Shown here in pieces: positions 42,175 to 53,569 of a DNA stretch of 64,000 nt; the stretch's first letter is position 1, and each line of letters starts with the position of its first letter. This stretch comes from an uncultured Planctomycetota bacterium. Its GTDB lineage: Bacteria; Planctomycetota; Planctomycetia; Isosphaerales; Isosphaeraceae. The translations under genes were made by a program, and so were the position numbers. A model generated the notes under the pieces. The model was not told the origin of the DNA. It worked only from the letters and a program-made list of their open reading frames with translations, and searched no databases. The DNA lies in NCBI GenBank assembly GCA_963737655.1, contig CAVTTN010000002.1, positions 2,336,001-2,400,000 on the forward strand, given 5' to 3'.

Positions 42175-42420
42175 GTCCTCGCCCTCGTCCGCCATCGGCA
42201 ACGTCCCGCCGCCGGCCCCCGGGAGGGCCAATGCATCCATCATGGCAGTCCCGGCGAAAATATCAAGAGGGAATCCGCCGGATCGCGGCAACCCGCGCCC
42301 TCGCGAGGCGTTCCGTCCCGACATTCCGACCCCCGAACCGGCCTCCCTCGGCCGGACGATTCCTCTCTTGCACGCAAAATAGCGACTGTCGGGAGGTTGA
42401 GCAAGCGTTCCGGACCGACC

Positions 42421-42540
42421 CCCCGGGCCGTTCCCGTCTCGGCGGACGATTCTCCCGAAGGGTCTGGGGTGGCACGGGTTCCGTCCCCGGAACCCATGAG
42501 GGTTGCCCCACGGGTTCCGGGGACGGAACCCGTGCCACCC
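42421..42540. repeat. Family B REP/MITE-like element, copy 2
   Basis: Hairpin 42467-42540 plus a tail matching 1614-1660 inverted. Confidence 0.8.
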
Positions 42541-42766
42541 AGTCGGAACGGCGACATCCATCACCCGGGCAGCCGGGTGTAGCTGCCGAATCTGGAGTTA
42601 TTTCGGGTGCCGCTGGTTCTCGAACCGGGGGCACCCTAGAAGTTCCAGATTCCAGAGCGATAACCCGGGGAGCCCCCGCCTCGGCCGGACAATTCCTCTC
42701 CCGGGAAAAAATCGCTACAGTCGGGAGCTTGAGCCCGCTTCCTTGCCCGACCCTCGGACGCCCTCG

Positions 42767-45546
42767 ATGCTCGCCGACCCGACCCCTCCGATCCGCCTCC
42801 GGGGCGTCCGCGTCCACAACCTGAAGGGGATCGACCTCGACCTCCCCCGCGACCGCCTCGTCGTCATCACCGGCCTCAGCGGATCGGGCAAGAGCTCCCT
42901 GGCCTTCGACACCCTTTATGCCGAGGGCCAGCGCCGCTACATCGAGACCTTTTCCGCCTACACCCGCCAGTTCCTCGAACGGCTGGACAAGCCCGACGCC
43001 GACCGGATCGACGGCCTCCCCCCGGCCATCGCCGTGGGCCAGAAAGTCGCCCGCCGATCGGCCCGGAGCACCGTCGCCACGGTCACCGAGATCCACGACG
43101 CCCTGGGCCTGCTGTTCGCCCGGGTCGGCGTCGTCCACTGCCGGAATTGCGGCGCCGAGGTCCGGCCGGCCGACCCGGAATCGGTCGTCGCGTACCTCGA
43201 CACCCTCCCGCCAGGGACGCGCTACCAGGTCGCCTTCCCGCTGGACCTCGGCCCCGAATCCGACCTCGCCGCCCTGGCCGACGGCCTCCGCGCCGAGGGA
43301 TTCACGCGCGTTCGCGTGAACGGGCGAATCGAATCGATCGACTCCGGGCCGTTGCCCGCCCCCCAATCGGGCGGGATCGACGTCGTCGTCGATCGCCTGG
43401 TGAGGGGCTCGGAGGCCGAGGGCCGGCGGCGCGACTCGATCGAGACCGCGATCGCCCGAGGGCTCGGCCGCTGTCGAATTTTGACCGACTCGGACGAGCG
43501 CACCTTCACCCGAGGCTGGCGATGCGCCCGCTGCGGGGCCGTCGCCACCCCCCCCGAGCCGCGATTGTTCCGCTTCAACAGCCCCCTGGGCGCCTGCCCG
43601 GCCTGCGAGGGGTTCGGCCGGGTGATCGACCTGGACCTCGCGAAGATCGTCGGCGACCCGAACCGGACGATCCGCGAGGGGGCCATCCTCCCGTGGACCA
43701 CCCCCAAATATCTGACCTGGAATCAGACGTTGATCGACTCGGCCCCATCGCTCGGCGTGCCGCTCGACGTGCCGTTCGCCAGCCTCTCGCCCGAACAGGT
43801 CGCCGCGATCGTCGAGGGCCGGGGCCCGTTCCCCGGCTCCGGGGGTTCTTCCGGACCCTGGAACGCAAGTCGTACAAGATGCATGTTCGGGTTTATTTAA
43901 GCCGATGGCGGGGCTATTCGCCGTGCCCGGCGTGCGGGGGGAAGAGGCTGAGGCCGGAGGCCCTGGCGGTCCAGGTCGGCGGGCGGGACATCGCCGAACT
44001 CTCGGCCCTGGGCGTCTCGGAGGCCCTCCGCGAGCTGGCCGCACTGCCGGCCGATCCCGCCGTCCGCCGCATCCTGGACGGCGTCCTGTCCCGGCTCGGC
44101 TACCTCGAACGGATCGGCCTGGGCTACCTCGAACTCGACCGCCCGGCGCGGACGCTCTCGGGCGGAGAGGCCCGCCGAGTGGCCCTCACGGCGGCCCTGG
44201 GATCGGGCCTCGTCAATACGTTATACGTCCTGGATGAACCCTCGATCGGCCTCCACCCGATCGACGTCGATCGCCTGATCGCCGCGATGTTCCGGCTCCG
44301 CGACTCGGGCAACGCGGTGGTCGTCGTCGAACATGACGAGGCGATCATGAGAGCCGCCGACCGGCTCGTCGAGATCGGCCCCGGGGCCGGCGAGTCGGGC
44401 GGCTCGGTCGTCTTCGAGGGGACGCCCGAGGGCATCGAGGCCGTCGAGGGTTCCCCCACCGGCGACTTCCTCTCCGGCCGCCGCCGGGTGGCGATCCCCG
44501 CGGTCCGCCGCCCGCCGGACAGGGGCCGGATCGAGCTGGTCGGCGCCTCGGGCCATAATCTCAAGGACGTGAACGCGAGCTTTCCTCTGGGCCTGATCTG
44601 CGCGATCTCGGGCGTGAGCGGGTCGGGCAAGAGCACGTTGATCGAGGACACCCTCCACCCGGCCCTCGCCCGGCTGCTCCGCGACGAGCCGTTGCCCGCC
44701 GCCCCGTTCCGCGAGATCCGGGGCGCCGAGGGGCTGGCCGACGTCGTCCTGATGGACCAATCGCCCATCGGCCGATCGGGCCGATCCAATCCCGTCACCT
44801 ATCTGAAGGCGTTCGACGAGATCCGCAAGACGTTCGCCGAGCAGCACGAGGCCAGGGCCCGGAATTACGGCGCCGGGCGGTTCAGCTTCAACGTCGAGGG
44901 GGGCCGGTGCGACCGCTGCGAGGGGGACGGCGAACTCACCATCGACATGCAATTCCTCGCCGACGTGACCATCCGTTGCCCCGAGTGCCACGGCACCCGC
45001 TACCGGCCCGAGACCCTGGAAATCGCCTATCGAGGCAAGAACATCGCCGAGGTCCTCGACCTCACGGCCCGCGAGGCGTTCGGGTTCTTCCGCCACAAGC
45101 CGAAGGTGCAAAGCCGGTTGCGCCCTTTGCTCGACGTCGGCCTCGAATACCTCCGGCTCGGCCAGCCGGCGCCCACGCTCTCCGGGGGCGAGGCCCAGCG
45201 CCTGAAGCTGGCCTCCCGGCTCGACTCCACCCCGGCGGCGATCACCCGGGCCGCCTCGAAGGGCAAGACCCTCTTCCTCCTCGACGAACCGACGACCGGC
45301 CTGCACCCCGCCGACGTCCGAAAGCTCCTGGAATGCCTGAATTCCCTGGCCGACCAGGGCCACTCCGTCCTCCTGGTCGAGCACAACCCCGAAATCCTCG
45401 TCGCCGCCGACTGGCTCGTGGACCTCGGGCCCGGGGCGGGGGCCGAGGGGGGCCGGATCGTCGCCCAGGGGACGCCCGAGGACGTCGCCCAGGGCGATTC
45501 GCCCACCGGCCGGGTCCTGCGGGCCATTTTGAACAAATATTCCTGA
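42767..45546 (+). CDS. uvrA: Excinuclease ABC subunit UvrA, frameshift near 43837
   Basis: HNLKGID, GLSGSGKSSLAFDTLYAEGQRRY, two ABC modules, CxxC zinc fingers, LSGGEAQRLKLA. Confidence 0.93.
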
Positions 45547-46056
45547 CAAAGATCCGTCAAGGCCGTCAACGCCCTCGACCCGAAAAAATCATGCCTTGTG
45601 TCTGGATGTCAATCACGTGAATCATCCTGGATGTCCAGGAAGTTGACTACACTTTGCACCGCAAACCGCATGGATCGGCTGGAAAACAAGCCATTTCGCG
45701 CGTGCCACTCGCTCGTGCGCACCGAGACCGATCAAAAGTGAGCAATCATCGAGAAAAATCGTCGAAATCCTTATTCCTTCGAGACTTGTGACGGGCGGTC
45801 CGTTCGCCCGGTCCTCCCCGGAGGGCCGGAAAACGCGCCCGATCGGCCGCGCGTCCGAGGGGCCTCGACGACCCTCCCGGGACGGGACCACGGCGCCTCG
45901 ATCCGACTGCGACGGCCGCCAACCTCGATTTTCGGTGATCGCCGGGGTCGGGCGGGGCGATGATGTCCCTCAAAGGCCCCCCGCGCGGGCCTCTGGTCCC
46001 ATACTTGCTCGACTCCCCAACGTCCGACCGCACCGCGGCTCGTGGAGAATCGTCCG

Positions 46057-46341
46057 ATGTCTCGATCTCAGACGACGTTCGGCATCCTCTGGGAGCACGC
46101 CTCCGCCTCGCCCGGACCGTTCGAGATCGACGAGGTCGCCCCCCGGGTCCAGGAGGCCATCGGGGGCGACGAGAAGTCCGCCTCCCAACGTGTCGCGTCC
46201 CTTCTCGATGAGCTTGCGAGGTTGCCCGAAGGGGAACGGTTCTTCCGGCTCGAAGGCAACGCCGTCGTCCCCCTGCCCGAGTTCGAGGAGGCCCGGTCGA
46301 AAGGGGTCACCGCCCAAATTGCTTATCCCTACGAGGATTAG
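46057..46341 (+). CDS. Small hypothetical protein
   Basis: GGAG SD, 94 aa, typical codon bias. Confidence 0.6.
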   Translation: MSRSQTTFGILWEHASASPGPFEIDEVAPRVQEAIGGDEKSASQRVASLLDELARLPEGERFFRLEGNAVVPLPEFEEARSKGVTAQIAYPYED

Positions 46342-46438
46342 GGCGAAACGCCTCGGCCCGAACAAGGGGTCAAGCCGGGAGTCGCCCCATCGTCGGGCAG
46401 GCCCTGGCCTGCCGGCTTCGCTGTCCGCGTCAGGTCCC

Positions 46439-47308
46439 TCACAACCAGACCTTCAACCGCGATTTCAGGCGATCGGGGAGCCGTCGCTCCACGATCCTCT
46501 GGATGGCGTCGGGCGGGAGCCGGGTGCTGAAGTGCGAGGCGATGATGAGTTCGTTCTCGAACCGATCCGCCCTGGCGATGAAGTCGTCCAGATGCGTATG
46601 ACCATATTTATGGATGCGGTCGGGCCGCTCGTTCGGGGCCACGAAGGTCATCTCCATGATCAGGATCTCGGCCCGATAGACGTCGGGGAAGGCATCGAGG
46701 CCGGCGGGGGCGGTGTCGCCTAGATAGGCAACCTTGGGGATGCGGACCTCGGCGGCGACCTCCACGCCGGAGAGCCTCAAATCGCGGATCTCCTCGCCGG
46801 AAAGCCCGTGGTAGGCGTCCTTGAGCTTCCGGCGACGCTCCCAGACCAGGAATCCGACCGAGGGCAGCGTGTGCTTGGTCGGGAAGATCGAGACGACGAG
46901 TTCCCGGGAGAGCTCGATTTCCTGGCCCGGCTCGATCCCGACGAGCTCGGCGGGCATCCGGCCGCGGTCGAGCCGTTGGAACGCCCTCAGGAGGTTGGCG
47001 ACGGGCTCGACGGCGTCGGCGGGCAGATAGATGGTCGGCGGCTCCATCTTCATCATCCGCCGACGGGCCACGTAGACGGGCAACGCGGCCAGATGGTCCA
47101 GGTGGGCATGGCTGACGAACCACGTGGGGGTGCTCATGAACGACCAGGGCTGACCCCCAAGGTCAAACCCCAGCTTCATTTCGGGAATCCGCCAGTACGT
47201 CTGCACGGCCGCCCGCGAATACCCCTCAACCGTCAGGCCCTTGTGGGTCAGCGACCTCACCGGCGCATTGTCCACGGGATGATCCAGCGACTCGACCGAC
47301 TCTTCCAA
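46439..47308 (-). CDS. MBL-fold metallohydrolase (tRNase Z-like)
   Basis: SHAHLDH, TKH, YLGDT, EMTF, GHTH, SHFS. Confidence 0.85.
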   Translation of the reverse strand: MEESVESLDHPVDNAPVRSLTHKGLTVEGYSRAAVQTYWRIPEMKLGFDLGGQPWSFMSTPTWFVSHAHLDHLAALPVYVARRRMMKMEPPTIYLPADAVEPVANLLRAFQRLDRGRMPAELVGIEPGQEIELSRELVVSIFPTKHTLPSVGFLVWERRRKLKDAYHGLSGEEIRDLRLSGVEVAAEVRIPKVAYLGDTAPAGLDAFPDVYRAEILIMEMTFVAPNERPDRIHKYGHTHLDDFIARADRFENELIIASHFSTRLPPDAIQRIVERRLPDRLKSRLKVWL

Positions 47309-47415
47309 CGCCCACGCCCCTTCCCAACCGGCCTCGCGATCTCCCCGCCATCATAGTCGGACCTCACCACGGACACCAACCGCGAGCCCGCCGTTCTCGA
47401 AACGACGCACGATGT

Positions 47416-47504
47416 GGATCGAAACGCAAATTACGCAGATTACGCAGATTGGATTCTTTGGCTTGTTCTGATCTGCGTGATCTGCGCAATCTGCGTTTCG
47501 ATCC
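47416..47504. repeat. Nonamer-repeat inverted element (ACGCAGATT)n, copy 1
   Basis: GGATCGAAACGCAAATTACGCAGATT ... AATCTGCGTTTCGATCC; second copy at 57580. Confidence 0.88.
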
Positions 47505-47524
47505 CATTCGGTTCCCGCAGATCC

Positions 47525-47971
47525 TTAGCGGCGGGCGGGGGCGGCGTGGTGGCCGAGTCCGGGTCCGGAGATGCCGAGGATGAAGAGGACGGCGAGGGCC
47601 GCGCCGGCGAACAGGGCGAACTCCGACCCGTACCAGGCGCACAGGGCGCCCGAGGCCCCCAGGGCGATCATCGCGACGACGAACAGGCGGCGGCCGGGGT
47701 CGGTCCAGGGGCCGGTCGGGGCGAGCCGGGCGAGGCTCAAGGTCAGCAGGCCGACGACCTGGGCGACCACGACCAAAAGCTCCATGTGGTTACGGAACCA
47801 CAGGTTGAGGAGGATCGAGGCGGACCGGCGATCGGCGGTCCCGGCCGCGGCGTCCCCCAGGGCGGCCGGGCTGGAAGCCAGGGCCACGGCGACGGCCCCA
47901 ATCAGGCCGATCGTCAGAGGGGCGGCGCGGCGCGAGGCGCCCCGGCGTCGGGGGAAGGGTCGAATCGTCAA
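47525..47971 (-). CDS. Small membrane protein
   Basis: Three to four hydrophobic segments; TTG start after GAGGGA. Confidence 0.5.
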   Translation of the reverse strand: MTIRPFPRRRGASRRAAPLTIGLIGAVAVALASSPAALGDAAAGTADRRSASILLNLWFRNHMELLVVVAQVVGLLTLSLARLAPTGPWTDPGRRLFVVAMIALGASGALCAWYGSEFALFAGAALAVLFILGISGPGLGHHAAPARR

Positions 47972-48392
47972 AGGGTGTCCCTCTTGGTCGAGCGATGGGG
48001 CCGCGGCCAAACCGGCGGCGGGGACATCCGTTTCCCTCCCATCGCGCGACCGGCAAGCGACGCCCCTTCGAGAGGGATCATCGAGGGCCGGGCGGCCGGG
48101 ATCGTCGTCATTCTGGAGCTGGAGGGAGGGCGGACGTCGGAGCATCTCGAAGGCAGGCAGGCGGGAAGCCGGGCGGATCATCGGCCCGAGTCGGGGCCGC
48201 GGCGAGGCCAGCCCCTCTCGTTCTCTTCCCCGCCCGGGGTGACCCACTTTGACGAACTCCCCGCGCCGACGCAACCCGAAAAGTCGAGGGGTCTCGGCTC
48301 CCCTCGGCCCGACGATCCGGCTATCTTCGAAGGCCCGACCGGATCGGGCCGGCGTCTCGGCCCCCGGACGGGTTCCGATGCGGAGCCCTGGG

Positions 48393-49501
48393 ATGAGGCG
48401 GACCGTCGTCTTCGGCCCGGCGTATGTCGATCGCGTGATCCGCGTCGATCGCCCGTTGCTCGAATCCGGGCGGCTGGATGGCAGCATGGATGGCCGGGCC
48501 CTGGGAGACGGCGGGACGCTGGTCCTGGTCGATTGGGCCGGCAACAAGTTGGCGATCGACCGGCCGGGCGGGTGTTTCGACGACCCATCCGGCACGATTC
48601 TCCTCCTGGGCCTCCTGGGAGGCGCCCGATGACCGGGGCTCGGACCGTTGAGGCGGTCGAGGAGGCAATCGACCTCGGCGGGATGGGGGCTGGGTTCGCC
48701 TCGGCCCTGGACGGCGAGCTGGTCTCGGCCGTGGGAACTGGGGAAAATGGGGGCAGTGAGCCGGATCGTCTCGGCCGGGTCATCCTCGAACGGCTGGCAA
48801 GGCTCGGGGTGAAGGGCCGCCCGGTCATCGTCCCGGGGAAGGCGACTGACTGGACCCTGATCGTTTCGAGCGGTCCGTTCGGCGACAAGCTCGCCGTAGG
48901 GTTCCGGGGCTGTCACGCGGCCGTCGAGCGGTTCCCGGCCGAGGCTTTGGCCGATCGATGCGACCTCTGTGTCGTGGCCGGGTGGCCCAACCGTTTGCTG
49001 GATCAGGCGTTGCGACACGTCGAGGCGCCCGTGAAGTTCCTCGCGCCCGCGCTCCGAAACATGAAGGACGAAGAAATGCCCCTGGACCGGCTCGCCGGCC
49101 GGTTCCATATCCTGAGCTGCAACCGGGGGGAATGGGCAAGCCTGAGAAATCCGGAAACGGTGCTCCGCGAGACGCCCCTGGTGGCCATCACCGACGGCCC
49201 GGACGGCGCGACCATTCATTTCCACCGATCACCTTCAAACCCCGCATCTCTCGCCATCCCCGTCTTTCCCCGAGATCGCCCCCCTCGCGACACCAACCGG
49301 GCGGGCGAGGCGTTCGCCTCGGCCCTGGTGACGACCTTGCTCGACCGGGGATGGACGCCGGGGCCGACCGACCCGGCTTTGGTCCAAGCGGCGGCGCTCC
49401 GGGCGTCGGCCTCCGCGGCGTTAGTCCTGGACCGCGAAGACTTTGGGTTCCCGACGACCGAGGAAATCGACGAGGCCCTGAAGGTCGGTCGGGTGCTCTG
49501 A
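48393..49501 (+). CDS. PfkB-family carbohydrate kinase, frameshift near 48620
   Basis: FGPAYVD, GGMGAG, NRGEW, ITDGPDG, DTNRAGEAF (divergent DTxGAGD). Confidence 0.75.
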
Positions 49502-49615
49502 CGGCCACAGGACGGTTTTCCTATCCCGGCCGCCGCCCCGTTCCCCGGCCCGCCCGACCCGCTACAATGGGCCGATCCGCTCCGCGATCGAGGGCGGGGC
49601 AGGGGAGGAGCCACG

Positions 49616-50281
49616 ATGAGGGGATTGCCGAAGGCGATGGCCGGGATCGGGCTGGCCGGCGTGGTCGTCGGGGCCGCCGGGCTGGTCCTCCGCGCCCAGG
49701 ACGAGGAACCGAGGCGCCCAGCTTCCGCCGAGCCGGCCCGAGCCGTCGGCCGGGGGCGGATCGACCTGGAAGAGGCGATGCTCCGGCCCTTCACCTGGCC
49801 GTTCGCCAAGGAAACGACACTCGATGAGGCGGTCCACCATCTGAAAACGACGCTCGGAGCGGCCGTGGTGCTCGACCTGGCCGCGCTGAAGCGGCGAGAC
49901 CTCACGCCCGAGGTCACGGTCCGGCTGGAACTCGACGGCGTGAGGCTCAAGACGGGCCTGAAGCTCCTGCTCGATCAGGTCGGGCTGACGTGGAAGATCG
50001 TTCCGGAAGACAACTTACTGATCTTGACCGACGCCGAGGGGGCCGACGACCCCTCGAACAAGATCCTCGCCGAGCTTCGCACCCTCCATCGCGAAATCCA
50101 CGAACTTCGCGACTTCGTGGACGAGCTCGCCCAGGAACTCGCCCCGATCGAGGAGCCGGGAGGGGCCGTGATCCGCAAGCCGACGATCATCGAGGAGATG
50201 CCGGGCGAAAAAGCCAAGGAAAACCCGAAGTCCCGGCCGCCCGAGGACGACCCGGCCGCTCGATCGAGGCCCGGATCGTGA
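49616..50281 (+). CDS. Secreted protein with secretin-N/STN-like domain and coiled coil
   Basis: Signal peptide; VRLKTGLKLLLDQVGLTW...LLILT. Confidence 0.7.
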   Translation: MRGLPKAMAGIGLAGVVVGAAGLVLRAQDEEPRRPASAEPARAVGRGRIDLEEAMLRPFTWPFAKETTLDEAVHHLKTTLGAAVVLDLAALKRRDLTPEVTVRLELDGVRLKTGLKLLLDQVGLTWKIVPEDNLLILTDAEGADDPSNKILAELRTLHREIHELRDFVDELAQELAPIEEPGGAVIRKPTIIEEMPGEKAKENPKSRPPEDDPAARSRPGS

Positions 50282-51492
50282 CCGGACCCCTCGCCGCCGT
50301 GGTCGCGGCGATCGGGCAGGCCGCGGCCCGACGGCCGACGGTCCCCAAGGGGAACCCCGGCCTCGGCGGCTGGCTGACCGACTCGCGAAACGCCGTTTTG
50401 GTCGTCGTCGCCGCGGCCCTGGTGATCGGAGGAGGCCGGAAATGGCTCCAGGCGGTCCGGGCCCGCAAGCTCGTCGATCGCCTGGACCACCCAGAACCCC
50501 CTCTCGACGCCATCGCCGAGGCTCCCCGCCACCGGCGGGCCGCCGTGATCAGCCTGTTCCGCCTTCTGGGGACCTCCCCATCGGCCGAGGTCCGCCGGGC
50601 CGCCGGCCAGGCCCTGGCGGTGCTCTGGAAGGCCGATGAACTGATCGTCGAGGAGGAAAAGGCGATCGTCAGCCGGGGGTTCGTGGTCGATTGGGACGCC
50701 CGCCGCCGTTACCCTCGCGCCCTGACTCGCCCGATCCCCCTGGTTGTCCGATTTGGCCTGCCTTTCCTGGTCGAAAATCCCGAAGCCGTCGGCCCAACCG
50801 ACCTGGAATGGTCGTGGCGGGTCCTCGGGACGGAGAGGATGTCTCTGGAGACGTTCTCGGAATGGGCCCCGGGGCCGCCCCGGGCCGAGTTCGAACTCCT
50901 GCCCGGCGACTGGCGGACCAACGGCCCGCATCGGCTGGTGCTCCACGCCCGGGTCCGCACCCGAGGGTTGACGTCGCCGTGGGAGATGGATTTGCCGCAA
51001 GTGCCGTTCTCGTTTGAATTTGATCCGATCCTCGCGCTCGACTCTCTCTTCGCCGCGCCGGACGACTCGCGGGCCCCCGAGTTCGACCGGGCGGTTCGGC
51101 TCGAACCCCCGGCGAAGAAAGACGATCGGTCGATCTTCCGCCCGCTCAACGCCTCGCTGGCGATCCGCGACCCGGCCGACCTGGTCATCCGTCCGCCGTT
51201 GCCGAATGACCTGGCCCACCGGGCCGAGATCGAGGTCGAGGGGATCGAAGCTCGGCTCCCGGCCGGAGACGTCGTGACCATCGCGCGAGGAGGCGAGGCC
51301 GATCCGCCGTTAACCTTCCCCCTGCTTGCCGAGATCGCCCCGTTTGACGCCCTGGACGGCCCCGGAGACCTCATGATCCGCGTCCGCCTGATCCCCGACG
51401 CCGAGCTCGGCTGGTCGGCCCCGGGCGTCCGCTCGCTCTGGCCGGGAGAGATCGTCACGAACTGGTGCCCGGCCCGGGTCGTCCGGATCTGA
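50278..51492 (+). CDS. Membrane-anchored hypothetical protein with HEAT-like segment
   Basis: GTGA overlap with the previous gene; one TM helix; EVRRAAGQALAVL. Confidence 0.65.
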   Translation: MTGPLAAVVAAIGQAAARRPTVPKGNPGLGGWLTDSRNAVLVVVAAALVIGGGRKWLQAVRARKLVDRLDHPEPPLDAIAEAPRHRRAAVISLFRLLGTSPSAEVRRAAGQALAVLWKADELIVEEEKAIVSRGFVVDWDARRRYPRALTRPIPLVVRFGLPFLVENPEAVGPTDLEWSWRVLGTERMSLETFSEWAPGPPRAEFELLPGDWRTNGPHRLVLHARVRTRGLTSPWEMDLPQVPFSFEFDPILALDSLFAAPDDSRAPEFDRAVRLEPPAKKDDRSIFRPLNASLAIRDPADLVIRPPLPNDLAHRAEIEVEGIEARLPAGDVVTIARGGEADPPLTFPLLAEIAPFDALDGPGDLMIRVRLIPDAELGWSAPGVRSLWPGEIVTNWCPARVVRI

Positions 51493-51565
51493 CCGCCCGA
51501 AAAAAATGGTGTCAGATCAATTTTCGATGTTCGAAATTTGATCTGACACCATGTTTTCGGGCGGT
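51492..51565. repeat. Long hairpin AATGGTGTCAGATCAA...TTGATCTGACACCAT (REP-like or terminator)
   Basis: Imperfect stem of about 35 bp with a 3-nt loop, directly after the stop codon. Confidence 0.75.
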
Positions 51566-51690
51566 ATCCTTGAAATCGCTCCGACGCGAGTCTATCTTCG
51601 GTCCTGCCGTCTCCGACGGATGGCGACGAGCGATCGGGGATTGGCCGGGCTTCGAAGCCGGGCGTCGCATCGAGACAAGAGGGCCGGAAC

Positions 51691-52908
51691 ATGTCGGGAT
51701 GCGTCGTGGGTCGTCCGGGGCCTGGCGGGACGCCCGGGCCGGGGCGCCGTCCTCGCCGATTCCGGGCCCTCGTGGAATGTCTCGAAGGCCGGGCCGTGCC
51801 CGCGGTGACGTTCCACGGCATCCCCGCGATCGCCCATCCGCTGGTTGAAAACGTGTACTGGGGTGCCGATTTCGCCGACCCGACGAAGCTGCAATCCTCG
51901 GTCGCGTATATGGATACGTTCACGAAGGACCTGATCGCCAGCCCGTTCCAGGACGAGATGGCGCAGTACGGCGTGGGGCACGGGACGTTTCTCGGCTCGG
52001 ACGTCCTGACCGCCGCGCCGACCTCCGGCGCCGTGAGCGTCGATCAGATCACCGCCGCGCTCCAGGCCGAGGTCGACGCCGGGCGGCTCCCGGCCTGGGG
52101 GTCGAGCACCGTTTTTCAGGTCGATTTCCCGCCCGCCGTGACGTTCGCCGATAGCCTCGGCGTGGGCTATCACACCGATCGGATCGAGCTCTCGCCCGGG
52201 AGCTTCCAGCCCCAGGACCGGATCTTCTGCTCCCTCTCGGCGCAGTACGGGACCGAAAACACCGTCCTGTCCTCGCACGAGCTGGCCGAGTCATTCACCG
52301 ACCCGAGCGGCGGCGGCTGGTTCGACGACGCGGCGATGGCGGCGAGCCTGCAAGGCGAGATCGCCGACCTTGCGGCCACCGATCCCGTCCACGGCCTGGG
52401 CTCGGTCGATGGCTATCAGGTCACGGGGCTCTGGTCCGACGCCGCGGGCGGGGTCGTGGTGCCCGAGCCCCTCTTTTCGCCGCCGGGCATTTCTCAGCCG
52501 CAAGGCTCCGCCGCGATGAGGGTCGAGAGTGTCTCGGTGCGACCGGCCCCGGCCCTGCCGGGCCAGCGCAAGGCGAAGGCCGGCAGCGAGATCGTCCTGA
52601 CGCTCAACACCGCCGCCAATGCCTCGACCGTCGGGAACCCCTACGCCTATCATCTCGCCAGTCTCCCCAAGGGCAGGCATGGCAAGGCGCAAGCCTTGAT
52701 CCTGACGAAAGTTTCCTACGACTCTAGCTCGATGACGATTACCCTGTTCACCTCCAAGCCGCTCACGTCCAAAACCCCCGTCCAACTCCGAATCGCGTCG
52801 TCCTCCCTGACCGACGCCTTGGGCCGACCCCTGGACGGCGACCACGACGGCCAGCCCGGCGGGGACTTCGTCGCCACGATCCACGGCTCTCAGGTCCAGA
52901 TCGGGTAG
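51691..52908 (+). CDS. Planctomycete extracellular protein
   Basis: ECLEGRAVPA N-terminal motif; HELAESFTDP...GEIAD; C-terminal LDGDHDGQPGGDF. Confidence 0.7.
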   Translation: MSGCVVGRPGPGGTPGPGRRPRRFRALVECLEGRAVPAVTFHGIPAIAHPLVENVYWGADFADPTKLQSSVAYMDTFTKDLIASPFQDEMAQYGVGHGTFLGSDVLTAAPTSGAVSVDQITAALQAEVDAGRLPAWGSSTVFQVDFPPAVTFADSLGVGYHTDRIELSPGSFQPQDRIFCSLSAQYGTENTVLSSHELAESFTDPSGGGWFDDAAMAASLQGEIADLAATDPVHGLGSVDGYQVTGLWSDAAGGVVVPEPLFSPPGISQPQGSAAMRVESVSVRPAPALPGQRKAKAGSEIVLTLNTAANASTVGNPYAYHLASLPKGRHGKAQALILTKVSYDSSSMTITLFTSKPLTSKTPVQLRIASSSLTDALGRPLDGDHDGQPGGDFVATIHGSQVQIG

Positions 52909-53015
52909 CCGCCCGGTCCTCGATGTCGGCACCTTGGCCCGCCCGTCCCGATGGGTTATAACCGGCGGCATGGCCCGCGATCGGGCCTTCTGTCTCGGCC
53001 TTCGGAGGTCCGCCC

Positions 53016-53567
53016 GTGCGATTCCCTCTCCCTCTCCCGCTCTCCCTCGCCGCCCTCGGCCTGATGGCCCTGGTTTCTCCTTCGTTCGCCCAGGACAAGG
53101 ACAAGGTCCCGGATGACCCCGAAGTCGCCGCGATCCGCAAGGTCGGCGGCAAGGTCGAGCGCGACGACGCGGCTCCGGAGAAGCCCGTGGTCCTCGTGAA
53201 CCTCGGCGTGACCGCCGCCACCGATGACGATCTGAGCCATCTGAAGGGGTTTTCCAAGCTCAAGAAGGTCACTCTCAACGGTACGAAGATCACCGACGCC
53301 GGCCTGGACCACCTGAAAGACCTCAAAACGCTCGAAAAGCTCTACCTCGTCGATACCAAGATCGACGACGCCGGCCTGGAGAAGCTCAAGGAGCTCAAGG
53401 AGCTGAAGGTGCTGAGCCTCGTCGGCACCGGCGTCACGAATGCGGGCCTGGAACATTTGAAGGGGCTGGGCAAGCTCGAGCTCGTCTTCGTTCATGGGAC
53501 GAAGGTGGATGACGCCGGGGTGAAGGGGCTCCAGGAGGCGTTGCCGAAGCTCAAAATCGAGCGCTGA
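53016..53567 (+). CDS. Secreted leucine-rich repeat protein
   Basis: Signal peptide; 24-aa LxxLxLxxTkITDAGLxHL repeats. Confidence 0.88.
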   Translation: MRFPLPLPLSLAALGLMALVSPSFAQDKDKVPDDPEVAAIRKVGGKVERDDAAPEKPVVLVNLGVTAATDDDLSHLKGFSKLKKVTLNGTKITDAGLDHLKDLKTLEKLYLVDTKIDDAGLEKLKELKELKVLSLVGTGVTNAGLEHLKGLGKLELVFVHGTKVDDAGVKGLQEALPKLKIER

Positions 53568-53569
53568 CG

